Below are positions 8,814-18,569 of a stretch of 64,000 nt of DNA, piece after piece. Location: positions 83-64,082 of the forward strand of contig CAZQHM010000023.1 of NCBI GenBank assembly GCA_964593355.1, given 5' to 3'. Positions within the stretch are counted from its first letter, which is position 1. Each line of letters opens with the position of its first letter. The DNA comes from an uncultured Myxococcales bacterium. Lineage in GTDB: Bacteria > Myxococcota_A > UBA9042 > CAIXZC01. Below the pieces are notes generated by a model. That model was not told where the DNA came from and ran no database searches. It saw nothing but the letters and a program-made list of their open reading frames with translations. The translations under genes were made by a program, and so were the position numbers.

Positions 8814-10135
8814 AGGGCTATGTCCAAAACCTATTGGCAGAGAAGCAGCCATGGGTAGAGGTTATAAAGATACTGCAACAAAACAATCATCGAGCTTATC
8901 TGGTTGGTGGATGTGTTCGGGACATGTTGCTTGGAATAAGTACGAAGGACGCAGATATAGCCACAAGCGCCGAACCGGATCACGTGGAGCGGCTCTTCAA
9001 TCAAACAATCCCAGTAGGAAAGGCCTTTGGCGTAATCATCGTTCTCCATAAAGGCGAACAGATGGAGGTGGCCACATTTAGGAAGGATGGCAGCTATAGT
9101 GATGGTCGCCACCCATCAAGTATAAGCTTCTCGCACGAGAAAGAGGACGCTTCAAGGCGAGACTTCACTATCAATGCCATGTACCTTGACCCTGTTCAAG
9201 GGCGAATCTATGACCCCGTCAAAGGCCGGAAGGACTTAGCCGCCAGGCTTATCAGAGCCGTGGGCGACCCGGCCCAACGCTTCCAGGAAGATAAGCTGCG
9301 AGTGCTCAGGGCAGTTCGATTCCACGCCCGCCTGGGGTTCCGAATAGCCTCATCCACACTCCAAGCCATGGGCGCAGTGGCCAACGACCTGGGTGGCGTC
9401 TCCGTAGAACGCATCCGCTCCGAACTCTCTATGATGCTCACCCAAGGCAATCCCTACCTGGCCTTCACCACGTTGGACAAAGCGGGTCTGCTGGATACAG
9501 TGCTGGGCGACGTGGCATCTCTGCGCAACCAGTCGCCCCTCTTCGGGAGCAGAAGGCCCTCGGCCCTTCATGAAACGCTCCTGACCATGCAGTGGTTGAA
9601 ACCAGACCAGGAGACCGTTGCATGGAGCCTGCTGCTGGCTCAGTCAGGCCGGAGGCTGGGTGCACTTGACCCCGCTGAAACCTTCAACGCCTCATCCAGG
9701 TATGCTCTCGATATACTGCGAGCACTGAATTCATCAAAACAACTGGCCGAAGAAGTTAGCGCCGTCCTGAAGAACCTCGTTGTGTGTGCCAACAGTAAGT
9801 CACTTCCAGCAGCAACAGTAAAGAAAATGCTCATGGCGCCCGAGGCAGCGAAGACACTAGAAACATTCAGAATCATATGTTTGGCGTGGCAACCCAAATG
9901 GCTCGAGCAGTGGCAGAAACTGTCTGTAGAGCATTGGGCACTGTTGGAACATCCATTCCACCTTTCTGACTGGATAACGGGCGGCGAGCTGGCAGAGTTG
10001 GGATTCAAACAGGGGCCAATGGTCGGTGTTATTATGCGCAAGGTAGAAGATAAAGTATTAAACAGAGAGCTGAATACCAAGATAGAGGTTAAGGAGTATA
10101 TCGAAAACGAGTTTGGCGACAAGAGGACAACCTAA
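8810..10135 (+). CDS. cca: CCA-adding tRNA nucleotidyltransferase / poly(A) polymerase family protein
   Basis: Pol-beta-superfamily head-domain motifs GGCVRDMLLG...DADIAT and RRDFTINAMY. No clear C-terminal HD motif, so the choice between CCA-adding enzyme and poly(A) polymerase is unresolved. Confidence 0.75.
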   Translation: MKGYVQNLLAEKQPWVEVIKILQQNNHRAYLVGGCVRDMLLGISTKDADIATSAEPDHVERLFNQTIPVGKAFGVIIVLHKGEQMEVATFRKDGSYSDGRHPSSISFSHEKEDASRRDFTINAMYLDPVQGRIYDPVKGRKDLAARLIRAVGDPAQRFQEDKLRVLRAVRFHARLGFRIASSTLQAMGAVANDLGGVSVERIRSELSMMLTQGNPYLAFTTLDKAGLLDTVLGDVASLRNQSPLFGSRRPSALHETLLTMQWLKPDQETVAWSLLLAQSGRRLGALDPAETFNASSRYALDILRALNSSKQLAEEVSAVLKNLVVCANSKSLPAATVKKMLMAPEAAKTLETFRIICLAWQPKWLEQWQKLSVEHWALLEHPFHLSDWITGGELAELGFKQGPMVGVIMRKVEDKVLNRELNTKIEVKEYIENEFGDKRTT

Positions 10136-10193
10136 ACGGCTGACCGGGAGTCAACAGATAGCAAAGTGCAGAAATGGCTATGCGGAGGTTAGA

Positions 10194-10724
10194 ATGGAAG
10201 GATATCTTCACACTATTATCGGTCCCATGTTCAGCGGAAAGACCTCCTTTCTCCTCCATGAACTGGAGAGGTTTGCCCGAGCGGGTAAGAGGGTGATTCT
10301 ATTCTCAGGCGACAACCGGGAAGAGACCCCCGTCATTCATAGCAGACGACCCATCTATAAGGGCATACATATCCACAAAACCCGATGCGCTTCAGCAATG
10401 ATCGAGCTGGCGCAACAATATGACGTCGTGGGCGTCGACGAGGTGCAGTTCTGCGACGAAAACCTGAGCCAGGCCCTCTCCTCACTGGCCTCCAACGGCA
10501 AGATAGTCCTGGCCAGTGGCCTGGACCAGGACTACAAGAAAGAGCCCTTCATGACAACCCTGGGGCTCATCCCCGAAAGTGAGAAAGTCACCAGGCTCAC
10601 ATCGGTCTGCCAGAAATGCGGCTCCCTGAACGCCATAAGAAACGTCCGCAAGGTCTGCTCAAATGAGCGGGTACTCGAAGGTGCCGAAGAGCTGTACGAG
10701 GTTCGATGCAGGCGGTGCCAGTAA
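10194..10724 (+). CDS. tdk: thymidine kinase
   Basis: P-loop GPMFSGKTS, a VIGVDEVQF-like segment and the C-terminal zinc ribbon CQKCG...CRRC. GGAGG RBS at 10184, before the internal ATG at 10194. Confidence 0.85.
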   Translation: MEGYLHTIIGPMFSGKTSFLLHELERFARAGKRVILFSGDNREETPVIHSRRPIYKGIHIHKTRCASAMIELAQQYDVVGVDEVQFCDENLSQALSSLASNGKIVLASGLDQDYKKEPFMTTLGLIPESEKVTRLTSVCQKCGSLNAIRNVRKVCSNERVLEGAEELYEVRCRRCQ

Positions 10725-10814
10725 GGCCCCCGCAGAACCCATAGCCGCCCTGAACCAACGCCGTCAGCCGAAAGCCCATTGGCCTGATCTATCCACCCGT
10801 GTTCATCGTGACAA

Positions 10815-12185
10815 TCAGAAGGTGTGATCGTACCAGACGTACGTAACCACGGGCCAGTGAGGGTACACAGCGTCGGCCTCGGGAGAGTAGGCCACGTCGA
10901 CCCGAATCATGACCGACTCGCCCCACTGTAGCCTCACGCCGCCGCCAACGCCGTATCGTAACCCCAACCCACTGCCATCCAGCACAGGATCGCTGGACCA
11001 GTCGGTCCACATGCGCCCCAAATCCGCAAATGCAACGTTTCCAAGTCTGAACCGGTGCCCACCTATCCAGAACCTCGGATACATCAACCGCAGCTCCGTG
11101 TTGGCAACAACTCGCACCTTGCCGGCGTAACGTCCAATGGAGACCCCTCGAAGGCCCGTAGCACCACCCAGCAAATAGAGCGTCTGAAATGCCCCACCCC
11201 TGGCCAACTCGTAAAACGGCACGTTCCCGAACGTGTCGTCAGTAAGCACCCTACCAGCCAACACCAGCCAGTCATCCACCAGAGAAAGATAGCCCCGAAG
11301 GTTCGCCGTCACCCCCCCGTAGATGATCTCTTGCTCCGCGGGCAAAGCAAAAGCGCCACGCAGACTCAACTCGGCATACAACCCGCTGCTGGGCGCTGTC
11401 TCGTGGTCCCTTGTGTCCCACATCAACCCCACAGCTCCCTGAAATAGCCCGTGAGGCTCCGTCCCCAATATCCGCTCCCCTGCCACCCCCGAGCCGGCAC
11501 CAAGATCCAACTCCAACCGACTACCTTCATAAACACCAATATCAATATATCTAATATATGTTCCAGCCCATAAACTCAGATTTTTAGTCAGGGCCATACT
11601 TCCATTAAAGCGTAGTCTTGGCTCTGTAATAAGATATTGATATCGATGGTCAGGGTCCGGGGTGCTGTCTCTCGAAATGGCGTTTGGGTCCGCTGTGATA
11701 CCCTGCCCGAAATATCCCTCGTTCTCCGTCCGGCTGAATGCTGCCTCAGCCGTGACTCTAAAGTTATGCCGGGTCAATCCCGTAACGTCCCACTGGGTCA
11801 GCACTGAACTCCAGGGCACCGATGCCCCATCGGGCGTCTCCTTCACACTGAACGCAGCGGTGTTGACCGTTCTCCAGTGGTACGGGTGGTGCTCGGGGTC
11901 AAAATCGGCGAAAACGAAAACCCCACCAATCTGAAACCCCTGCTCCGTATTTCGCCCCAAAGCCGGAATCAACGACCATTCGGTCCTTGTGGCGTCAAGC
12001 TCCGACTCTTGATCAGAATCGGTGGTCGCTTCACCTTCCGCAGCGGCATCGGATGTTGCCTCCAATGGCAAGGCCGGCCCACCACCAGACGCCAGCGCAA
12101 CTGCACCACCGGGGAGGACCAACAGCAGCGCCACTACTGCTCGAAAGGACAAGCCCACAACCTCCTCCAAACCCACAGACCACAT
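10815..12185 (-). CDS. Omp85-family (surface antigen D15-type) outer-membrane beta-barrel protein
   Basis: Signal peptide, then a C-terminal Bac_surface_Ag-like pattern (LGG.TGLRG...ELR.....F.D.G) ending ...VWYDHTF with a terminal aromatic residue. No obvious POTRA repeats. Confidence 0.55.
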   Translation of the reverse strand: MWSVGLEEVVGLSFRAVVALLLVLPGGAVALASGGGPALPLEATSDAAAEGEATTDSDQESELDATRTEWSLIPALGRNTEQGFQIGGVFVFADFDPEHHPYHWRTVNTAAFSVKETPDGASVPWSSVLTQWDVTGLTRHNFRVTAEAAFSRTENEGYFGQGITADPNAISRDSTPDPDHRYQYLITEPRLRFNGSMALTKNLSLWAGTYIRYIDIGVYEGSRLELDLGAGSGVAGERILGTEPHGLFQGAVGLMWDTRDHETAPSSGLYAELSLRGAFALPAEQEIIYGGVTANLRGYLSLVDDWLVLAGRVLTDDTFGNVPFYELARGGAFQTLYLLGGATGLRGVSIGRYAGKVRVVANTELRLMYPRFWIGGHRFRLGNVAFADLGRMWTDWSSDPVLDGSGLGLRYGVGGGVRLQWGESVMIRVDVAYSPEADAVYPHWPVVTYVWYDHTF

Positions 12186-12284
12186 CTGCGGCCCCTACAG
12201 CCAGGCGATACAGCCACAAGCCCAGCCCTCAAGCCGCCCTATACCACAAACCCCATCAGTTTCAAGTGAGTTATCAGTGAACAA

Positions 12285-14564
12285 TCACTCGTGAAGCCAC
12301 CGCAGCAACATCTCGGGAACCAGAGGCAGTCTGGTTGGAGTCCGACTGCAGGCGTGGCCAACAGCAATAGCCACCGCAGCAGGAACGGTTATGAGACTCG
12401 GCTCACCAATGCCCTTGGCCCCGTAGGGACCGTCAGGGTATGGATCCTCTATCCAGGAGACATCCATCTCAGGAATGTCCATTGCCCCGGGGATAAGATA
12501 GTCCGCCAGCCCGGGGTTCAAGACCCTGCCGTGGTCCAGCTGCAGATTCTCGAACAATGCCCACCCCATCCCCTGAACTATGCCTCCGTGCGCCTGACCT
12601 TCAAGCATCGCCGGGTTTATTGCCTTGCCAACATCATGCACCGCCCACACCTTGCGCACCCTGGCCAGCCCCGACATGGCGTCAACCTCCACGTCGGCCA
12701 CATGGCCGGCAAAGCAGTAAGTCACGTAGGCAACACCCTGACCTGTCTCCTTGTCCCACGGCTTCTCCGGCGGTGCGTACCACCCCGATGCAGTGAGATG
12801 CACACGGTTTCTTCCAGCCTCCCGGACAAGTTCCGAAAATGGTATGGAGCGATTTCCAGAACGGTACATCCCCCCATCCAACTCTATGGTCTCGCCCGGA
12901 ACCCGCCAGATGCCCGCCAGAAACTGCACCAACCTCTGCTGAATCTGTCGGGCAGCATCCAACACGGCGTTGCCGCTCATTATTGTCGTTCGTGAAGCTA
13001 CCGTCGGCCCGGAATCGGGCACCAGCCCCGTATCGGATTGCAACGTGCGAATATTGCCAAAGGGTGCCCCCAACGTGTGCGCAGCTATCTGCGCTGCCAT
13101 AGTATTCGCCCCCTGACCAAGCTCCGTGCCCCCAATTGTTACCTCTACGGATCCGTCGGAACGAACCTGAACCAGGGCCCCGGAACCCTCCATGTGCTGG
13201 CCCCCGGCATGCAGGCAGCATCCGTACATGTTCAGAGCCAGCCCCACACCACGCTTGGTCCACCGGCTGGTCTCATTGTGCTTCTCGGCATCAGCCTTCA
13301 GTCGGTAGTAGTCAGAACGGGTCAACAGCGTCTCAAGAACTTCCATGGATGGAGCAGACGGAGGTAACGGTGCCCCCGTTATCAGAGTGTCGCCCAACTG
13401 GAGCAGATTCTTGCGCCTAAGCTCCACCGGGTCCATGGCCAACTTCCAGGCCAGAATATCCATGGTGCTCTCCATGGCAAACGTCGTCTGAGGCGTGCCG
13501 AAACCACGGAAAGCTCCACCAAGGAGATTGTTGGTATAAACAACCAGAGTGTCTATGTGAACATTTGGTACTTTATATGGCCCAGTAGCGCTGGAGTTGG
13601 CACGCTCGGCCACAACCGTGGAGAGGCCAGCATAGGCGCCGGCATCAACCTGAATCGTAGCATGAACAGATTTTATTATCCCATCTTTAGTAGCGCCAAT
13701 CTTATAATGCAGTCGCATTCTATGACGCTTAGGTGTGACCTGCATGTCCTCCTGGCGTGTATAAACCAACTTGCATGGAGCACCCGTAAGAACAGCCGCC
13801 AGCGCCACGCATGACGCCACCTCGCTGGGATACTCCTCCTTTCCCCCAAACGCCCCGCCCGTCGTGGCCTGAACCACCCGCACCTGCGCCAGGTTGTAGC
13901 CAAGAACCCTCGCCACCGCACTCTGGACATACGCCGGAGCCTGCATGCTGCCTGAAACCGTAACCAGACGACCGCTGGGCACTGCCATCATCCCCTGAGG
14001 CTCCAGATAGGCGTGCTCCTGGTAGTTGACCTCGAACTCCTGCTCGGCAATGACCTCGGACTCACTGTGAATGCCCAGCCCCGACCCGTGCCGCACCTTG
14101 AGGTGTGCAATAAGATTGCCACCGGCCTGAATCCTGGGCGCACTGTCAGACAGAGCCTCGGAAACATCATGAACCGAAGGCAGAGCCCTGTACTCCACAA
14201 CCACTTTGGCAGCAGCTTCACGGGCAATGGCCGCACTGGTAGCCACAACAAGAGCCACTCGGTCCCCTACAAACCTCACCCGCTCATGCTGAAGCAGAGG
14301 CTGGTCCGGGAAAACGCACCCCACCTGATTTTGCCCAGGAATATCCTTGGCAACTATTACCCTGACCACACCAGCAACGTCCAAGGCCGGAGCTGGATTA
14401 ATGTATAAAATATCAGCATGAGGCTGGGTCGAAGTTACAACAGCGACATGCAATGTCCCACGATAGTTGAAGTCATCAATATACTTGGCGCTCCCCCGAA
14501 TCTTGTCGCAAGAATCCACCCTGGGCACCCTGGCACCCACTACTCTTGGCTCCATGGGACTCAT
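12285..14564 (-). CDS. molybdopterin-dependent hydroxylase large (Mo-binding) subunit, xanthine dehydrogenase/CO dehydrogenase/aldehyde oxidoreductase family
   Basis: GGAFGGKEEY and GQGANTMAAQIAA motifs. 759 aa. Start overlaps the stop of the 2Fe-2S subunit gene (14561/14564). Confidence 0.85.
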   Translation of the reverse strand: MSPMEPRVVGARVPRVDSCDKIRGSAKYIDDFNYRGTLHVAVVTSTQPHADILYINPAPALDVAGVVRVIVAKDIPGQNQVGCVFPDQPLLQHERVRFVGDRVALVVATSAAIAREAAAKVVVEYRALPSVHDVSEALSDSAPRIQAGGNLIAHLKVRHGSGLGIHSESEVIAEQEFEVNYQEHAYLEPQGMMAVPSGRLVTVSGSMQAPAYVQSAVARVLGYNLAQVRVVQATTGGAFGGKEEYPSEVASCVALAAVLTGAPCKLVYTRQEDMQVTPKRHRMRLHYKIGATKDGIIKSVHATIQVDAGAYAGLSTVVAERANSSATGPYKVPNVHIDTLVVYTNNLLGGAFRGFGTPQTTFAMESTMDILAWKLAMDPVELRRKNLLQLGDTLITGAPLPPSAPSMEVLETLLTRSDYYRLKADAEKHNETSRWTKRGVGLALNMYGCCLHAGGQHMEGSGALVQVRSDGSVEVTIGGTELGQGANTMAAQIAAHTLGAPFGNIRTLQSDTGLVPDSGPTVASRTTIMSGNAVLDAARQIQQRLVQFLAGIWRVPGETIELDGGMYRSGNRSIPFSELVREAGRNRVHLTASGWYAPPEKPWDKETGQGVAYVTYCFAGHVADVEVDAMSGLARVRKVWAVHDVGKAINPAMLEGQAHGGIVQGMGWALFENLQLDHGRVLNPGLADYLIPGAMDIPEMDVSWIEDPYPDGPYGAKGIGEPSLITVPAAVAIAVGHACSRTPTRLPLVPEMLLRWLHE

Positions 14565-15028
14565 GGCATCCCTCCTTCCGCTGCCAGGCGTTCAACAGCA
14601 CGGAAGATGGCCTCGTACCCCGTACAGCGGCACAGATGGCCCGAGAGCGAGCGCTGAATCTCCTCCCGAGAAGGATGACGCTTCTCCTTCAGCAGCGAAT
14701 AGATGGAGAGCACGAACCCCGGCGTGCAGAAGCCGCATTGAACAGCGTGTTCCTCCTTCATTACCCGCTCTATCCGATCCAATGCCGCAGCGGGAAGCCC
14801 CTTCACCGTGACGATGCTTCGCCCGGATACCTGCCAGGCAAGCAGTATGCACGACGTTACAGGACGCCCGTCCAGCAGCACCGTGCAGGCACCACACTCC
14901 CCCTCGCCACACCCCTCCTTCACCTCGGTGCAAGTAAATACGTTCCGCAACAGGTCTACAAGGCGGTCCTTGGCGGCCACCTCGGCCGAGACCTGCTTAC
15001 CGTTAAGCTGGAATTGAATCGGTCTCAT
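14561..15028 (-). CDS. molybdenum hydroxylase small subunit, [2Fe-2S]-binding
   Basis: Plant-type ferredoxin Cys cluster (CGEGECGACTV) and a second cluster motif (CGFCTPG). Confidence 0.85.
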   Translation of the reverse strand: MRPIQFQLNGKQVSAEVAAKDRLVDLLRNVFTCTEVKEGCGEGECGACTVLLDGRPVTSCILLAWQVSGRSIVTVKGLPAAALDRIERVMKEEHAVQCGFCTPGFVLSIYSLLKEKRHPSREEIQRSLSGHLCRCTGYEAIFRAVERLAAEGGMP

Positions 15029-15033
15029 GGTGC

Positions 15034-15930
15034 TTATGCCTCGCTAGCCTGCTGTCTGAGAGCAGAAAGGTCCTCCAAGACTCTGAAGATGGCCATCTCA
15101 ATAGCCTTGCTCTTGTACCAACGACTGCCACGTATATCAGAAATGGGTGATATATCCTTGGTCAATAGCTTCGTTATTTCCGCTTTCATCTGAATGGTGT
15201 CAAGCTCGTCAAGAGAGCGCCGCAACAGTATGTTCTCAACGTTCCGCAGCCTGCTGGGCACCGGTGCAATAGAGCCCGCCGCCAGCCTCACCGACGATAC
15301 CCTCGACTCAGCAACCACCACCCTCACCGCAAGATTCGCCGAGGCAATAACATTCGAACCCCTGGGCCCGAACTTGTAGAAGAAGGTGTGTTCCCCCACT
15401 CTCTCAGGAACAGGAATGTGAATCTCAGTCAACAACTCGTTATCGTGAATCTCTGTCTTGCTTGGCCCGGCAAAGAAACGCTCCACAGGAAGAACTCGAT
15501 GTCCCTGTATCGTCTCCAACTTCACCGAGGCCCCGTAAGCCAGCAAGGCTGGAGCACTGTCACAAGCCGGACATGCATTGACCAGATTGCCCCCAAGTGT
15601 GGAGATGTTCCTGATCTGTGGAGACCCGATTCGCCCCAGCGCTTCACGCAGCAGCGGCACCTGCTGCCCCAGAACTACGTCTCCAACCAACTCGGTGATG
15701 GTGCACAGAGCAGAGATGCGAACAAATCCATCTTCAACCCAGCAAACAGGGCCGGAGCAGTGAGGCAGCTGAATTAGCCCGATGGGGGTCTTAACTCCAC
15801 GCCGCAGCTTCAACACCAGATCCGTTCCGCCTCCCACAAACTCTACGCTCTCCCCAAATTCCTGCTTCAGCCGCATAGCGTCGGCAACACTCTTCGGAAG
15901 ATAAAACTGTACTCTGGGATTCTTTACCAT
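15034..15930 (-). CDS. molybdenum hydroxylase medium subunit, FAD-binding (CoxM/XdhB-like)
   Basis: FVGGGTDLVLKL FAD-binding motif. Start set to the ATG at 15930 (MVKNPRVQFYLPKSV), which has a GAGG RBS; the ORF track extends to 15981. Confidence 0.8.
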   Translation of the reverse strand: MVKNPRVQFYLPKSVADAMRLKQEFGESVEFVGGGTDLVLKLRRGVKTPIGLIQLPHCSGPVCWVEDGFVRISALCTITELVGDVVLGQQVPLLREALGRIGSPQIRNISTLGGNLVNACPACDSAPALLAYGASVKLETIQGHRVLPVERFFAGPSKTEIHDNELLTEIHIPVPERVGEHTFFYKFGPRGSNVIASANLAVRVVVAESRVSSVRLAAGSIAPVPSRLRNVENILLRRSLDELDTIQMKAEITKLLTKDISPISDIRGSRWYKSKAIEMAIFRVLEDLSALRQQASEA

Positions 15931-16172
15931 TTCAGACCTCGGTCTTAGTAAACCAGCGATCTTCATTCCTGCGACCCGCATGATAGCTCACCGCCCCCCA
16001 TCTGAGCAACGAGAAAGCGGCCCGCTTCGCCTCTCCAACAACCGGCGCCAACCATGCCACTCCCAACCAGGAGGGCGCCACAATTCCCAGCCAACCAGAA
16101 CCGTAGGTCCCAAAGTTGACGCCAGACCAGCCCCAGCCGTATACTCAGGCCACAATTTTCGGAGGTTCCCCC

Positions 16173-17324
16173 ATGACCAGACTCTTCATACTTGCGGCAT
16201 TGAGCCTGTTTGCTGCGGCCTGCTCCGGGTCCAGCGACGTTGAACCCGTTGTTGACCTTGTCTACGACTCCACCCAAGAGGACCAGAAAGGCGCCGATAC
16301 CAGCCACGACCAGCTGCAGAACGACTCGGTCGAAGATGGCCAATCGGGCGATCTCGTCGATCCGGACTCAGCCGCTGACATGACCCCCACCGACATGCTG
16401 ACCGACCATGACCCTCTGGAAGACCTCGTTCCGGACACAGACCAGGATCTGCTGCCTGAAGACCTCGACGCAACCCCTGACACCACGCCCGATACCCTGC
16501 CCGAGGCCGTAACGTGCTACGACTACGTCATGTGCATGCGTGAGGCCATGTGCGACCCCCTGGCGGACTGCCCCGCCTGCGCATCCCTGGCCCTCGGTCC
16601 CAAGGCAACCAACGAGATCAACTCCATCAAAACCTGTATCGCCGACAACTGCAGTAACCTGCCCGACCCCCAATTCGGTGAGTGCATCGGCCAGCAGTGC
16701 AACATGGAGTGGTTCCATTGTGTCGGCGGTGAGGGCACCGCAGAGTGCGGCGAAGTCCTCGAATGCACATCCCTCTGCCAGGAGGAAGATGGACCGGAGT
16801 GCATGGAAGCCTGCATCAGCACCGCCAGCGAGGCAGCACTGGAGCTTCTGGTCATCCTCTTCATAACGCCCGAAGAAAACGGCAACCAGACCTTTACCGC
16901 CATAGCTGATTGTGTCGGCGGCAGTGGCAGCGCCACATGCGGTGAAACCGTCCAGTGCCTCAACCTCTGCGGCGAGGACAATGCAGGCTGCGCCATCCAG
17001 TGCATGGCCCAAACCAGCCAGGAGGCCGTCAATGGCATGAAAGATATGTTCGGCTGCGGGGAAGAACCCTGCTTCGGTCCAATGGTGCTCTGTATTGGAG
17101 GCAGCGGTACCGCCGGCTGCCAGGAGGCCCTCTCATGTCTCCAGACCTGCAACGGCCAGGGCGAAGACGAAGAGGGTCAGTGCTTCTCACAGTGCATCCT
17201 CCAAACTACCCCCGCAGCGGCCCAGCAAATTGTCGATGTCATGGAGTGTGTCGAGGAGAAGTGCGGGGGCCAACCCGAAGGATGCCCCGCTGCCATGGAA
17301 TGCATGGCCCTCTGCGTTAGCTGA
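16173..17324 (+). CDS. secreted lipoprotein with three ~45-aa Cys-rich tandem repeats
   Basis: GGAGG RBS at 16161. MTRLFILAALSLFAAAC lipobox, then a D/E/P-rich linker. Repeats follow the pattern [hC]VGG[ES]G[ST]A.CGE...C..LC.E....C...C......EA. Confidence 0.65.
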   Translation: MTRLFILAALSLFAAACSGSSDVEPVVDLVYDSTQEDQKGADTSHDQLQNDSVEDGQSGDLVDPDSAADMTPTDMLTDHDPLEDLVPDTDQDLLPEDLDATPDTTPDTLPEAVTCYDYVMCMREAMCDPLADCPACASLALGPKATNEINSIKTCIADNCSNLPDPQFGECIGQQCNMEWFHCVGGEGTAECGEVLECTSLCQEEDGPECMEACISTASEAALELLVILFITPEENGNQTFTAIADCVGGSGSATCGETVQCLNLCGEDNAGCAIQCMAQTSQEAVNGMKDMFGCGEEPCFGPMVLCIGGSGTAGCQEALSCLQTCNGQGEDEEGQCFSQCILQTTPAAAQQIVDVMECVEEKCGGQPEGCPAAMECMALCVS

Positions 17325-17368
17325 GATTTCTAACGGGGCACCTCCCCACTTGATAGCGGATATTAGCC

Positions 17369-18202
17369 TTGGAACTGCTCTTGACCCTTGTGGGTTACCT
17401 ATTTGTCTCCTTCGCCGCTGGGCTCTTTGGCTCTCTCCTGGGCCTGGGCGGTGGCCTTATCGTGGTCCCAGCCCTGACCCTGGGCTTCGGGCTCGAAATC
17501 CGCTATGCAATCGGTGCCAGCATGGTCTGCCTCATCGCTACCTCCAGCGGTGCTGCCGCGGCCTACGTAAGAGACCGCCTCACTAACATCCGGGTGGCCA
17601 TGTTCCTGGAAACGGGGACGGCAACAGGTGCCCTGGTCGGCGCTCTGGCGGCGGGGTTCGTCGAGGCTCGCTGGCTTTACCTGCTGTTTGGAAGCTTCCT
17701 GGCCGTGTCGTCGGTCATGATGCTGAAGAAACGCTCCGACCGCTCCAATCCGGACCTGCCCGACGACCCCCTCGCCGTTCGACTCGACCTGGCCGGCTCT
17801 CTCCCCATGCCTGATGGCAAAACCCGACCCTACAAGGTCTACGGTGCAAAGCCAGCTTGGCTCATCATGGTAGCGGCCGGCGTTGCCTCAGGACTGCTTG
17901 GCATAGGCTCCGGCGCCCTCAAGGTTCCAGCAATGGATCTCCTTATGAAACTTCCCATAAAAGCATCCAGCGCTACAAGCAATTTCATGATAGGCGTAAC
18001 AGCAACAACAGGAGCAGCTATATACCTGGCCAGAGGGGACATCTTGCCCCAGGTTGCCGGCCCCGTTGCCCTGGGAGTGCTGGCCGGTTCTTTCGCCGGT
18101 GCACGACTGCTTACCCACATAAAGGGCTCCTGGCTTAGAGTCGTCTTCTTCGTTGTAATATGCCTGGTTGCGGCCCAGATGCTAATGAAAGGAATTCAGT
18201 GA
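17369..18202 (+). CDS. sulfite/anion exporter TauE/SafE family membrane protein
   Basis: Polytopic membrane protein with duplicated halves and Gly-rich TM helices (GLFGSLLGLGGG, ASGLLGIGSG), typical of TauE/SafE. Confidence 0.8.
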   Translation: MELLLTLVGYLFVSFAAGLFGSLLGLGGGLIVVPALTLGFGLEIRYAIGASMVCLIATSSGAAAAYVRDRLTNIRVAMFLETGTATGALVGALAAGFVEARWLYLLFGSFLAVSSVMMLKKRSDRSNPDLPDDPLAVRLDLAGSLPMPDGKTRPYKVYGAKPAWLIMVAAGVASGLLGIGSGALKVPAMDLLMKLPIKASSATSNFMIGVTATTGAAIYLARGDILPQVAGPVALGVLAGSFAGARLLTHIKGSWLRVVFFVVICLVAAQMLMKGIQ

Positions 18203-18558
18203 TGGAGCTTATCATCTCCAGGATTCTCAGAAGCGGAGTGGTTGCCAGCGCCATTATCATCTCTTCCGGGCTCATCTGGTTTCTTGTCCGTCACCTTTCA
18301 GCTTCTTCAGGGGATGACGGTCCCGATCTGGTAGCACTGGCCGGTGCCCACGACGGGGCCATGGATGGTGCCAGCCAATCCCTTATCTGCCCTGGTAAAC
18401 TGATAACTCTTGGAATTATAGTTCTTCTGTGTACTCCAGCCATTCGTGTGTTTGCTTCAGCTTATATGTTTATGAAACAAAAAGACTGGGCATTCGCTGT
18501 AATGACTATTTGGGTAATATTATCGATGATAGCTGGACTGGTAGCTTCACTGCTATGA
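18202..18558 (+). CDS. small membrane protein (DUF1634-like partner of TauE)
   Basis: Overlapping TGATG junction with the TauE gene. Two to three TM helices. This arrangement commonly follows TauE genes. Confidence 0.55.
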   Translation: MELIISRILRSGVVASAIIISSGLIWFLVRHLSASSGDDGPDLVALAGAHDGAMDGASQSLICPGKLITLGIIVLLCTPAIRVFASAYMFMKQKDWAFAVMTIWVILSMIAGLVASLL

Positions 18559-18569
18559 ATGGGCGATCC

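Noticed and set aside
12291-12995. 234-aa plus-strand ORF
   Set aside because: It is antisense to the Mo-hydroxylase large subunit gene and has no motif support.
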